The notes: generated from the sequence alone by a model not told the origin. Shown: positions 1 to 9,443, counted from the first letter of the stretch. The stretch: 64,000 nt of DNA from Minisyncoccota bacterium (GCA_041389025.1 JAWKSP010000001.1:192002-256001); one strand, 5' to 3'. A program made the numbers and translations.

Positions 1-270
1 AAGCTCACAGAAAGATTTATTATTAAAATCCACCACCACTTCTGAACCGCACCCCTTCTTTCTGTCAAAATCCTCAATTTGATCACTAAATAAATGGTCT
101 TGATTTATCCAAAACCACTTACCGTCTTTATCTATTTTAATTAGAGAAACTTTGTACTTTTTCTCATCTAATGATTGGTGTATATTTCTAGCTGACAATA
201 CAGAAACTTCATGCTCAGTAGATTGTCCGCCATATATTAGTAATATTTTTACTTTTTCTAGTTTCTTCAT
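1..270 (-). CDS. ddl: D-alanine--D-alanine ligase, N-terminal part (runs off the window edge; not in the ORF track)
   Basis: Manual translation MKKLEKVKILLIYGGQSTEHEVSVLSA... matches the Ddl N-terminal GGxSxEHEVS motif. Confidence 0.9.
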   Translation of the reverse strand, partial: MKKLEKVKILLIYGGQSTEHEVSVLSARNIHQSLDEKKYKVSLIKIDKDGKWFWINQDHLFSDQIEDFDRKKGCGSEVVVDFNNKSFCEL

Positions 271-356
271 GTATATATAATAGCCCAACGAAACTTTTTT
301 ACAAAAAAACTACATATATAAGGGCTACGATCTACACGGACACACAACTGACAAAC

Positions 357-402
357 TTAAACAAAACGGCCGGAAGCTAAAGCTTCCGGCCGTTTTGTTT
401 AA
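357..402. terminator. Perfect 22-bp inverted repeat downstream of the metal ABC operon (terminator-like)
   Basis: ttaaacaaaacggccggaagct-aa-agcttccggccgttttgtttaa. Confidence 0.8.
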
Positions 403-430
403 TCAATTCCAACTTTTAACTACCCCAAAA

Positions 431-1279
431 CTATTTTGTTTTAGCTAAAACCATTTCCGGTTTTTTAAACAAAGTTTGATAAGCAAACACCAACAAGAAA
501 ATCATTCCTTGCATAAAGACAATCGCCCCGCCAGTCGAGATATCCAAGTAATAACTTCCGTACGCTCCCGTAATTGAACTAATCACACTAACTAAAACAG
601 CAATCTGCATCATCGTGCTGAATTTTTTAGTTAACAGAAAAGCAGTTGACCCAGGAGTAATAAGCATCGCAATCACCAAAATGATCCCCACCGTCTGCAA
701 GGAACCGGTAATGGTAATCGCTAAAAGTACCAAAAAAGCATAATGTACAAATCGCATCGGTAAACCAACAGATTGAGCATGTATTGAGTCAAAACAAAAA
801 ACCAAAAAAGTGCGACGAAAAGCTAAGATGATAGCTGTCACTATCGCCAATACACCAACAGTATAAACAGCCGCTTGATCAGAGATCCCTAGCACGTACC
901 CAAACAAAACATGAGTCAAATCCACACTACTAGTTACTCGAGAAATCATAATCAAACCAAGCGCAAATAAAGTAGTGAATACAATTCCCATAATGGCATC
1001 TTCTTTTATTTTTGTATTAGTTTTAATTAGACCAATCATAACCACCGCTAAAATAGCGAAGAAAAAAGCACCTATACTAAATGGAATACCGATCAAATAA
1101 GCTATTACTACACCTGGTAGAACAGCATGTGAAATCGCATCACCCAAAAGCGACCAACCTTTCAAAATCAAGAAACAAGACAGTACTGCACAAGTCGCTC
1201 CCACTACCGCCGATACCAAAACCGCTTTTGTCATAAAAGCATACTGCAACGGCTCTAAGATAAATTGAAGGAATTCCAT
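431..1279 (-). CDS. Mn/Zn/Fe ABC transporter permease (ABC-3 family)
   Basis: GDAISHAVLPG motif, multiple TM helices, operon with ATPase and binding protein. Confidence 0.93.
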   Translation of the reverse strand: MEFLQFILEPLQYAFMTKAVLVSAVVGATCAVLSCFLILKGWSLLGDAISHAVLPGVVIAYLIGIPFSIGAFFFAILAVVMIGLIKTNTKIKEDAIMGIVFTTLFALGLIMISRVTSSVDLTHVLFGYVLGISDQAAVYTVGVLAIVTAIILAFRRTFLVFCFDSIHAQSVGLPMRFVHYAFLVLLAITITGSLQTVGIILVIAMLITPGSTAFLLTKKFSTMMQIAVLVSVISSITGAYGSYYLDISTGGAIVFMQGMIFLLVFAYQTLFKKPEMVLAKTK

Positions 1280-1282
1280 ATT

Positions 1283-2050
1283 TTAGTTTTCAAACTTAAT
1301 ATTGTGAATAATACCGTCAAAGGTTTTGGTAATCAGGTCTTTGGCAAACACCTCTTTGGTTGGACCGTAAGCCAATACGGTATGTTTTATTAAAGCCACA
1401 CGATCACAATTGTCGGATAACGAAGTAAGTTCATGAGCCGCTAAAATCACCGTCTTCCCCTCTTTTTTTAACGACACTAAAAGTTCAGTCAGCGACCGTT
1501 CACTAACTGCATCCAATCCGGCAAAAGGTTCGTCTAAAAGCAACACGTTCGCTCCTTGTGCTAAGGCTCTGGCCACGAAAGTTCGCTTCTTTTGTCCGCC
1601 CGACAACTCACCAATCTGCCGATCTCTAAAAGCTTGCATATTTACTTTATCCAAAGCACTCTCGACAAACTTTTTATCTTCTTCAGTTGGGGTCTTAAAA
1701 ATATTCTGCAGTCCAATCCTTCCCATCATCACCACGTCATACACCGACACCGGAAAATCCCAATCAACAGACTCAGCCTGTGGCACATACGCCACATGAC
1801 CATGCTTTTGTGCCACCGAAGGCTCGTCCCCACACACCTTTACTTCTCCGGTATTTGGTTTCACCAAACCCATCACAACCTTAAACAAGGTTGATTTACC
1901 TGCACCATTCATTCCAATTACACCGGTAAAGGTACCGAATGGAATATTTATAGAAGTATCTTTAAGGGCCACTGTACCGTTATCATAAACAACGTTCACG
2001 TCTTTGATAGCAATAGCAAAACCAGTGTTGTCAGTCATAGTTTTATTCAT
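1283..2050 (-). CDS. Mn/Zn/Fe ABC transporter ATP-binding protein
   Basis: Walker A GMNGAGKS, LSGGQ signature, LLLDEP Walker B. Confidence 0.95.
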   Translation of the reverse strand: MNKTMTDNTGFAIAIKDVNVVYDNGTVALKDTSINIPFGTFTGVIGMNGAGKSTLFKVVMGLVKPNTGEVKVCGDEPSVAQKHGHVAYVPQAESVDWDFPVSVYDVVMMGRIGLQNIFKTPTEEDKKFVESALDKVNMQAFRDRQIGELSGGQKKRTFVARALAQGANVLLLDEPFAGLDAVSERSLTELLVSLKKEGKTVILAAHELTSLSDNCDRVALIKHTVLAYGPTKEVFAKDLITKTFDGIIHNIKFEN

Positions 2051-2984
2051 TAGTTAATCCAGACACAATAGTATCAGCAGTTTTTTCTAAAAGTGTTAGA
2101 TAAGTTGGAGCTGGACCGTAAACAGTAGATAAAGAATCTACATATAACACCCCACCCATCCGTGCACCAGTTGCAGCCACTACCTCCTCTTGAATTTTTG
2201 GTTCAACTGTACTTTCGCAAAATACTGCTGGTACGTTGTTGGTTTTTACTTTATCAATTATCGTAGCCACTTGTTGCGGTGAACCAGCGGTATCACTATT
2301 GATAGGCCAGATATACATTTCATGTAGATTGTAATCGTTGGTAAGGTAGGTAAAAGCTCCTTCACAAGTCACTAGATAACGATTATTTTCCGGTAAGACT
2401 GACAATGAATCACTTAAGGTTTTATCCAAAGCTTTAAGTTTAAGTGTATAAGCTTCTGCATTGGCATTAAAGTAAGTTTCATTTTCAGGTGAAAATTCCA
2501 CTAAAGCTTTTCTAATATTCTCAATATACTTTAAACCTTGCTTGGGAGACATCCAAGCATGTGGATTAGGTTTACCCTCATAAGCTCCTTCAGAAATTGA
2601 TAGCGGTTCTACCCCCTCACTCACTATCACGGTTGGTACGTCTGGTAAATTTGACTTAAGTTTATCTGTCCATAATTCTAAATTCATACCATTTTCAAAT
2701 AAAATATCCGCTCGTGAAGCCCTTACTAAATCACTGGGAGTAGGTTCATAGCTATGAATGTTCATCCCCGGTTCAACCACTGAGATAGATTCCACCTTAT
2801 CACCCCCCACCTCTCCAACCATATCAGCCAGAATAGTAAACGTACTAAGAGCAACCAATTTGTCGTTTTGCTCAGACGAAATAACATTAACTTCTTGGAT
2901 TTCGGTCGGATTTGATTTGTTTAAACCAATAAACAACAGAATCACCGCTATCACAAAAGTTAATAATAAGAATTTTTTATCCAT
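2043..2984 (-). CDS. Metal ABC transporter substrate-binding protein (TroA/SitA/PsaA family)
   Basis: HSYEPTP, PNPHAWMSP and CEGAF motifs; N-terminal membrane anchor. Confidence 0.93.
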   Translation of the reverse strand: MDKKFLLLTFVIAVILLFIGLNKSNPTEIQEVNVISSEQNDKLVALSTFTILADMVGEVGGDKVESISVVEPGMNIHSYEPTPSDLVRASRADILFENGMNLELWTDKLKSNLPDVPTVIVSEGVEPLSISEGAYEGKPNPHAWMSPKQGLKYIENIRKALVEFSPENETYFNANAEAYTLKLKALDKTLSDSLSVLPENNRYLVTCEGAFTYLTNDYNLHEMYIWPINSDTAGSPQQVATIIDKVKTNNVPAVFCESTVEPKIQEEVVAATGARMGGVLYVDSLSTVYGPAPTYLTLLEKTADTIVSGLTNE

Positions 2985-3024
2985 ATTCTAATTTTTTAAT
3001 TACTTTAATTTTACACTTTTAACT

Positions 3025-3465
3025 CTAATTCCAATTTTTTATTTTTGGTAACCTCGAACCGTGTGGGTCATTTTTGGGATTACCTAAAAATTTAGCCAGC
3101 CTTTTTATCATCTCATCACTACAAGCATGCTCTAACTTTTCTGCTTCAGCGTGTATTTTATTTTTGGACATTTTCAAAACATCACTTAAAAATACTTCGA
3201 TCAGACGATGTTTGTAGGTTAGCTTCATTGCTAAATTCTCTCCTTTTTCAGTTAATTTTACTGTAGTGTAAGGATCAGCTATTACCAGCTCATCTTTTAC
3301 CAATTCTTTTATTCTTTCAGAGACACTAGATTTACTTAGTCCCAGACGATCAGCTATCTTAGTAACTCCGGTACTTTTACCAGACTCCTGTAAAAGATAA
3401 ATTGCTCGTAAATAATCTTCCTTGGTGGAGCTAATCAATCCTGAATTGGGATGGATTGTTCGCAT
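3025..3465 (-). CDS. DtxR/MntR-family metal-dependent repressor
   Basis: EDYLRAIY, HTH, KHRLIEVFL, EAEKLEH and DPHGS motifs; first gene of the metal ABC operon. Confidence 0.93.
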   Translation of the reverse strand: MRTIHPNSGLISSTKEDYLRAIYLLQESGKSTGVTKIADRLGLSKSSVSERIKELVKDELVIADPYTTVKLTEKGENLAMKLTYKHRLIEVFLSDVLKMSKNKIHAEAEKLEHACSDEMIKRLAKFLGNPKNDPHGSRLPKIKNWN

Positions 3466-3476
3466 ACCCGAACAAT
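3455..3476. promoter_or_regulatory. Putative operator of the DtxR/MntR-family repressor
   Basis: Inverted repeat attgttcg-catacc-cgaacaat straddling the regulator's start codon. Confidence 0.55.
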
Positions 3477-3502
3477 ATCATATACTTATCCTGTTTGGCA
3501 AG

Positions 3503-3568
3503 AGGTAAAGGTGAAAATATAAAAGGCTCACGCTATAGCGTGAGCCTTTTATATTTTCACCTTTACCT
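3503..3568. repeat. 66-bp perfect palindrome (33-bp arms) immediately after rpsT; terminator-like
   Basis: aggtaaaggtgaaaatataaaaggctcacgcta|tagcgtgagccttttatattttcacctttacct. Confidence 0.95.
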
Positions 3569-3833
3569 ACTTCCCAGCTTTTTTAACACGAGTAGTCAGT
3601 CTTGATTTTTTGCGAGCGGCGGTGTTATCTTTGATAACCCCCTTCTTAGCCGCTTTATCAATCGCTTTATAAGCTTTTGGTAAAAGTTCTTTAGCTTTAG
3701 CTGTGTCCCCTGCTACCACAGCCTTGTTTACACTTTTTACCACATCAGTCATCGTATTTTTACGACGAATATTGTATACACGCTTTTTAAGCGATTGACG
3801 ATGGGCTTTTTCTGCTCCTTTTGTAATTGGCAT
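3567..3833 (-). CDS. rpsT: 30S ribosomal protein S20
   Basis: AYKAIDKAAKKGVIKDNTAARKKSRL S20 signature. Confidence 0.97.
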   Translation of the reverse strand: MPITKGAEKAHRQSLKKRVYNIRRKNTMTDVVKSVNKAVVAGDTAKAKELLPKAYKAIDKAAKKGVIKDNTAARKKSRLTTRVKKAGK

Positions 3834-3935
3834 ATGTTTTATTTAAAGTGAGAGCACTATAAAGCAAAATGGTTAAAAAAGCAAGAGAAAATAAGAATTC
3901 TTCATTTCTTTCCCACAGTTGTGTACAATACTCCA

Positions 3936-4523
3936 ATGATTCGGTCAATTAAGGGAGAAATTACTACTATTAATGAAAATAGTATCGTAGTAGAAGTTTA
4001 TGGTATCGGCTATCAAATTTATACCAATATTCAAAAACACCAGCTCACCCCTACCGACCAAGTGTTACTACATACTCACCAAGTTGTTCGTGAAAATGTT
4101 TTAGATCTATATGGTTTTATTGATGAAACCGAACTTCAATATTTTGAACTATTGTTAACCATACCTAAACTCGGTCCTAAGTCGGCATTGCAAATCTTAA
4201 ACCAAGCTGATGTCATTCTCTTAAACCAGTCAATTATTGAACAAGACCCTGATCACCTGCACAAACTATCCGGTATCGGCAAAAAAACTGCGACCAATAT
4301 TGTTTCTAGTTTGAGCGGTAAAATAGAACCGTTATTTAATTCTGGAGAATCAAACCTTCAACCTCCTTCCATTCTATCATCGACTCAAATCGATGCGATT
4401 GATGCCCTTATCACTCTTGGTTATGACCCTAAAGAAGCTCGAGCTTATATTACAAAAATGACTGGAGAAGATGATACTAAAACCATGATTCAAAATGCTT
4501 TGAAACAAATCCCTATCCCTTAA
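3936..4523 (+). CDS. ruvA: Holliday junction branch migration protein RuvA
   Basis: GIGYQI, LDLYGF, GIGKKTA (HhH) and ALITLGY motifs; start moved to ATG 3936, 6 nt after TACAAT. Confidence 0.95.
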   Translation: MIRSIKGEITTINENSIVVEVYGIGYQIYTNIQKHQLTPTDQVLLHTHQVVRENVLDLYGFIDETELQYFELLLTIPKLGPKSALQILNQADVILLNQSIIEQDPDHLHKLSGIGKKTATNIVSSLSGKIEPLFNSGESNLQPPSILSSTQIDAIDALITLGYDPKEARAYITKMTGEDDTKTMIQNALKQIPIP

Positions 4524-4572
4524 AAAATACAACCCTTCATTAAAATACATAATCAAGGGTTGTTAATTTTCT

Positions 4573-4830
4573 TTAATAAAATAGAAAGAAAAAAATTGAC
4601 TCGTAAAAGTATTGAATAAACTCTCTCACCCAAATACCAAACGTTGCCAAAAGCCAAATAATTCCACCCACAATAAACAAAGCTACGTACAATACTATCA
4701 ATATACCCAAAAAATAGATGCAGGAAATGAATATATTTTTCTTTTCGTTTTTCTTAGAGACACTTTTTAACATCATATATGAGGCTATACACATTATTAT
4801 AAGTACCAACATTCCAATAATCATTTGCAT
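4573..4830 (-). CDS. Small hypothetical membrane protein (2 TM)
   Basis: Two hydrophobic segments separated by a basic loop; AAGGA SD-like motif upstream. Confidence 0.55.
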   Translation of the reverse strand: MQMIIGMLVLIIMCIASYMMLKSVSKKNEKKNIFISCIYFLGILIVLYVALFIVGGIIWLLATFGIWVREFIQYFYESIFFFLFY

Positions 4831-4890
4831 GGGAAAATCCTTTTTAGAAATTTAATTATAGTTACTTTGTGACTAGTTTTGCAAAACCAA

Positions 4891-5112
4891 TCACAAAGCA
4901 AACGTCATAACTTTATAAACCCAACTAAAAAAAGTGTTTAGAAAAAATACTATTAGAAAAATTACCAACAGACATACGACAAATAAGCTTATTGAAGCAA
5001 ATTCCTTAGTTGGAGATTCATCAGGTATCTTATTTTTTAATTTCGTTTTAACAAACCAAAACGACAATACCCCTACAACCATCCAAAATATAATACTTAC
5101 CATGATATCCAT
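4891..5112 (-). CDS. Small hypothetical membrane protein (2 TM)
   Basis: Same architecture as its neighbour; AGGAG 8 nt upstream of ATG. Confidence 0.55.
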   Translation of the reverse strand: MDIMVSIIFWMVVGVLSFWFVKTKLKNKIPDESPTKEFASISLFVVCLLVIFLIVFFLNTFFSWVYKVMTFAL

Positions 5113-5217
5113 CTTTGATACTCCTGTATAGTGATTAATAAAAAACTATTTAACCACCATGTAACAACAAAATTTGTTTTTTGGCAAATAAACAAATTAC
5201 TCGTATACTGATATCAT

Positions 5218-6498
5218 ATGTCACGAATTGTAAATTTTCTGAAAAACCTAATCCCAAAACCCTTACTAAACCTTATTCGTCCACACTATCACTACACCCT
5301 AGCCTACCTCGCAGACCGTTGGTACAAGCACCCTTCAAAAGAACTGGTTGTTATCGGCGTCACCGGTACCAAAGGAAAATCGACCACCACTGAACTAATG
5401 GCCAAAATCCTAGAAACTAACGGCCACAAAGTCGCTTCTCTTTCCACTATCCAGTTCAAAATCGGTGAGGATATTGAGCGCAACCTTTTTAAAATGACTA
5501 TGCCAGGACGTTTTTTTGTTCAGCGTTTCCTCAGACAAGCTGTCGAGGCCGGCTGTACCCACGCCGTAGTAGAAATGACTTCAGAAGGTGCCAAACAATT
5601 TCGCCACAGTTTTATTGAACTAAACGCTCTTATTTTCACCAACCTTACACCAGAACACATCGAATCACACGGCTCATTTGAAAAATACAAACAAGCAAAA
5701 TTATCAATCGCCAAACGACTGGAAGAATCCATAAAAAGACCACGCTATATCGTGGCTAATGTTGACGATGAACACGGAGTAGACTTTCTTGATTTAGATA
5801 TTGAGTATAAGCTCCCTTATTCGCTAAAAAATCTATCCCTTTATTCCCTTCACAATGACAGTGTTAGTCTAGTATTTGGAGACACCACTATTCGAGTACC
5901 ACTAATCGGACTATTTAACGTATACAATATATTGGCCACTATCACCTTGGCTAGAGCGATGGATATTTCTTTTTCCACCATCGACAAAGCCTTGCGAAAT
6001 ATTGATAAAATCGCCGGCCGAGTAGAAAAGTTCAAAAGCCCTAAGGAAGCCAGTAAAAAAGTAACAGCCATTGTAGACTATGCCCATACGCCCGACTCTT
6101 TAGAAAAACTTTATCAAGCCTTTCCAAACGTAAAAAAAGTTTGTGTTCTAGGTAACACCGGTGGTGGACGAGACAGTTGGAAAAGACCGGAGATGGCTTC
6201 AATCGCCGAAAGATACTGTGATCAAATAATCCTTACTGATGAAGACCCTTATGACGAAAACCCTTACGAAATAATCAAACAAATGGAAAAAGGAATAACT
6301 GATAAAAGTAAATTAGAAATTATCATGAATCGTCAAAAAGCCATTAGGAAAGCAATTGAAAAATGTGACGAAGATGGTTATGTGATAGTTTCTGGCAAAG
6401 GCACTGACCCATATATCATGGGACCAAAAGGCACTAAAACTCCTTGGAGTGACGCTGAGATAGTACAAGAAGAATTAGCTGAACTAGCTACAAATTAA
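5218..6498 (+). CDS. murE: UDP-MurNAc-tripeptide synthetase (MurE-like Mur ligase)
   Basis: GVTGTKGKSTT, FTNLTPEHIESH, VDYAHTPD and SGKG motifs. Confidence 0.88.
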   Translation: MSRIVNFLKNLIPKPLLNLIRPHYHYTLAYLADRWYKHPSKELVVIGVTGTKGKSTTTELMAKILETNGHKVASLSTIQFKIGEDIERNLFKMTMPGRFFVQRFLRQAVEAGCTHAVVEMTSEGAKQFRHSFIELNALIFTNLTPEHIESHGSFEKYKQAKLSIAKRLEESIKRPRYIVANVDDEHGVDFLDLDIEYKLPYSLKNLSLYSLHNDSVSLVFGDTTIRVPLIGLFNVYNILATITLARAMDISFSTIDKALRNIDKIAGRVEKFKSPKEASKKVTAIVDYAHTPDSLEKLYQAFPNVKKVCVLGNTGGGRDSWKRPEMASIAERYCDQIILTDEDPYDENPYEIIKQMEKGITDKSKLEIIMNRQKAIRKAIEKCDEDGYVIVSGKGTDPYIMGPKGTKTPWSDAEIVQEELAELATN

Positions 6499-7990
6499 TT
6501 ATCCCAATTTTCCAATCTTTACCTGATTCAACTATTTCCGGCGTAACCTTTATTCCCTCCCTACTATACAAAGCACCTTCAGACATATTACCAGCACTAA
6601 CTACCGGCACTTGATTCCAAACTGCCTGCACTTTAAGTATAGTATCCAAAGAATGATTTAAAACCTCAGACTCATCAAACCATGAATGCGACACGGGATG
6701 AGCAACAAAAGGCACTGACTCTCTTCCTTTTATGACCTTACGAACCCCTTTAGGATCAAGTCCTTCAAAACAAAACATAACCGAAGGTATATAATCCGGT
6801 AATAAAGTTTGATCAAACAATGGACCGGGTTGATAGTAAAGCTTGCTTCTTATCTGTTCTAACAAATCACTAAAGCCGAGGGTTTTTAATAAAGCTATAT
6901 AAATGTAGGGCATAAATTCCCCTTGCGGAGTAAGTGATTGTTTATCGACCCCATACCCCTCCTTACCCACACCATCATAAATAGTAGCTCTAACGGTAGC
7001 CGAGTTTTTAGTTAAAAAAGCTGGTGATACATCTATCATCACAGTTTTTGTATCACCAGTTTGAAAACGAAATAATTTATAAGCTGACTCCGGAGTTAAA
7101 TTTCCATCATTATAATAAGAACCTTCTGGCAATATTAAATAATCAGGCTCATAACTTAAAGCAAAAGTGACCGCCTCCACTATAACTTCGTGTTTATAAA
7201 TATCGATATCATCTGACATCGACTCAGATGAAGTATCGGTAAAAGTAGTATCAACAATCAATACAGTCTTGTTTTCTGACGGTTTATAGTCTTCAACCAA
7301 AGACCAAGAAGCACTAAAGAATAGAACTGCAATAAACGGTCCGCTAATTTTATAAAAATTTAAACGACTGTTTAGACTAAAAATAAGCCATAGACCATAG
7401 CCAAGAACCGCTCCCAAAGCTGACAAAATATAAACCCCGCCCCACCGAGCGAATTGTAATAAAGTCTCATGTTCAGCTAATAAATAACCAAAGTAACCTA
7501 AACTATAGGCAGTGTTTATAGTTGCCCCCACCCCAAAAGTTAAAATTGAAAACATTAACGAACCAAAAACTTCACTAAATATAAATAGGATTACAAACAA
7601 AAAAGGTAAGACTTTGGCATTGATTTTTTTTTGCAAAAACCAAAAACCAGAAGCTAACAAAGCTCCACCTGACCCCAAAAATAAGGAGACAGTAACCCAG
7701 TACAAAAAAATAAATAAGTTTTCCCAATGTCCCAACATCAGATTTAAACCAGCTTCAGGATTTACCTTAAAAAACATCGAGGTGGCAAATAACGATTTTG
7801 TAGTAAAGGCCAGCCAACCACCTAAAACAACCTTTTTAAAAGAAGTGTTTTTTGTTACCACTAAAAGAAAGACTAGTATCCCAAAAAAACTAACGACCCA
7901 AAGTACCGGTAAAACAAAACCAATACCCAGAAGAATTCCACTTACTAGGAATAAAAAATAAGGAGTCTTTAATATTCGACTAAACGCCAT
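6488..7990 (-). CDS. lnt: Apolipoprotein N-acyltransferase-like protein (multi-TM plus nitrilase-fold domain)
   Basis: TM region with GGVY; ILPEG (E), DKQSLTPQGEFMP (K), FCFEG (C) catalytic triad; likely start ATG 7990. Confidence 0.75.
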   Translation of the reverse strand: MAFSRILKTPYFLFLVSGILLGIGFVLPVLWVVSFFGILVFLLVVTKNTSFKKVVLGGWLAFTTKSLFATSMFFKVNPEAGLNLMLGHWENLFIFLYWVTVSLFLGSGGALLASGFWFLQKKINAKVLPFLFVILFIFSEVFGSLMFSILTFGVGATINTAYSLGYFGYLLAEHETLLQFARWGGVYILSALGAVLGYGLWLIFSLNSRLNFYKISGPFIAVLFFSASWSLVEDYKPSENKTVLIVDTTFTDTSSESMSDDIDIYKHEVIVEAVTFALSYEPDYLILPEGSYYNDGNLTPESAYKLFRFQTGDTKTVMIDVSPAFLTKNSATVRATIYDGVGKEGYGVDKQSLTPQGEFMPYIYIALLKTLGFSDLLEQIRSKLYYQPGPLFDQTLLPDYIPSVMFCFEGLDPKGVRKVIKGRESVPFVAHPVSHSWFDESEVLNHSLDTILKVQAVWNQVPVVSAGNMSEGALYSREGIKVTPEIVESGKDWKIGIINL

Positions 7991-7991
7991 A

Positions 7992-8447
7992 CTATCTATG
8001 ATACAACACAATTCCAGCTGTTACTGACACATTAAGAGATTCTTTTTGTCCTAGCATTGGTAATTCCAAAATCACATCTGCTTCATCCAATATTTCTTCT
8101 GAAAGACCAGCTGTTTCTGAACCAAAAATATAAACCACTTTTTCTGGAACTTTAAAGTCATGAAGTAAAACTGATTTATCAGCCTGCTCAACTGCAACCA
8201 CAGTAAATCCTTCTGCTTTTAATTTTGAAATCAACCCAACAACATCATTAATTTTTTCCCAAAGAACCGCCTGTTCGGCCCCTAAAGCAGTTTTACTTAT
8301 TTCACCAACAACTCGTCCAAACCGGTCAATTGGTGTTGGTGTGTGTCCAACTAAATAAACCTTTTCAACACCTGCACCATCACAAGAACGAAAAATTGCT
8401 CCGACATTATAATTACTTCTGATATCTGGTAAGATAACTCTTTTCAT
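7992..8447 (-). CDS. SpoU/TrmH-family RNA methyltransferase
   Basis: NVGAIFRS, FGSETAGL and LPMLGQKESLNVS SPOUT motifs. Confidence 0.92.
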   Translation of the reverse strand: MKRVILPDIRSNYNVGAIFRSCDGAGVEKVYLVGHTPTPIDRFGRVVGEISKTALGAEQAVLWEKINDVVGLISKLKAEGFTVVAVEQADKSVLLHDFKVPEKVVYIFGSETAGLSEEILDEADVILELPMLGQKESLNVSVTAGIVLYHR

Positions 8448-8471
8448 TCATGCTACACTAGCAAATAATTT

Positions 8472-8870
8472 ATGCTTAATCTATTCCCAATTCAGTTCCT
8501 ATCTTTATTTGCCTATTTTATTCTTAGAATAATTACTGGTTTTATTTTACTTTCTTTAAGTAAAAAACATTTCATATACCGACAAGAGTTAATAAGTATT
8601 ATTAAATTACCTGTTTTCCCATTTGGTAAATTTAGTACTTTTTTATTAATTATAACAGAATTTATTATTAGCTGTTCACTAGTGCTAGGTGTTTACACTC
8701 AAATAGGGGCTCTGCTTTTGGTAATTTTATCTTTAAAGATGTTGGTATTTAATAAATACTTTAAACATCACACTATTCCTAGTAAAACTACTTATTTGTT
8801 ACTAGCAGCTATAGGAATTTCCTTATTTATAACTGGTGCCGGCGTTTTTGCATTTGATTTACCGATATAA
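8472..8870 (+). CDS. DoxX-like membrane protein
   Basis: LRIITG, LVLGVYTQIGA and C-terminal TGAGVFAFD pattern. Confidence 0.7.
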   Translation: MLNLFPIQFLSLFAYFILRIITGFILLSLSKKHFIYRQELISIIKLPVFPFGKFSTFLLIITEFIISCSLVLGVYTQIGALLLVILSLKMLVFNKYFKHHTIPSKTTYLLLAAIGISLFITGAGVFAFDLPI

Positions 8871-8899
8871 TATGGTAAAGTGTGGCCACCAAAACAAAA

Positions 8900-8972
8900 G
8901 CGCCTTTAGCTCAGTTGGTAGAGCAGCTCCCTTTTAAGGAGACGGTCCAAGGTTCGAGCCCTTGAAGGCGCA
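8900..8972 (+). tRNA. tRNA-Lys(UUU), CCA not encoded
   Basis: Acceptor stem gcgcctt/aaggcgc, D arm gctcagttggtagagc, anticodon loop cTTTTaa, T loop ggttcgagcc. Confidence 0.95.
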
Positions 8973-9020
8973 CAAATGAAAAAGACGGCCTAGGCGTCTT
9001 TTTCATTTGTGCGCCTTCAA
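8962..9020. repeat. 26-bp perfect inverted repeat whose left arm includes the last 11 nt of tRNA-Lys
   Basis: ttgaaggcgcacaaatgaaaaagacg-gcctagg-cgtctttttcatttgtgcgccttcaa. Confidence 0.93.
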
Positions 9021-9045
9021 CAGACATAGGTTTTATACAATTTAC

Positions 9046-9070
9046 AAAACCACTCTTACGAGTGGTTTTT
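9046..9070. terminator. Bidirectional intrinsic terminator
   Basis: aaaaccactc-ttac-gagtggttttt. Confidence 0.65.
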
Positions 9071-9079
9071 AGAACAAAA

Positions 9080-9313
9080 TCAACACTTTAAGCTCCTCAT
9101 TTCAAAACTATCAGAATTATCTGAATAAATATCAAGACACAATTCTCTAGTAATAATGAATTGAACTGCCGTTGCCCTTGATAAACCAACGATCACTGTA
9201 AAGCTACCTTGTGACAATTTTTCTTTGATACTTGATATTTTTTTATCTAAAAGACACTTATCGCACTCCACCTCATCCAGAAGCTGACCAGCACTATAAA
9301 TCTTAATTAGCAT
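9080..9313 (-). CDS. Small hypothetical protein
   Basis: 77-aa ORF with GAGGA upstream, bounded by hairpins; no recognisable family. Confidence 0.45.
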   Translation of the reverse strand: MLIKIYSAGQLLDEVECDKCLLDKKISSIKEKLSQGSFTVIVGLSRATAVQFIITRELCLDIYSDNSDSFEMRSLKC

Positions 9314-9391
9314 TACATTATCCTCAAAAAAATAACCATTAGGACTATAGTATGAAATGATTTTAAATTCAACAAAATAAAGTTAGGCACA

Positions 9392-9417
9392 AAAACCGAG
9401 GCGTACGCCTCGGTTTT
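9392..9417. terminator. Palindromic terminator downstream of the NUDIX genes
   Basis: aaaaccgaggcgtacgcctcggtttt. Confidence 0.7.
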
Positions 9418-9443
9418 CAATTACAAAATGAGTTAGTAAAAAA

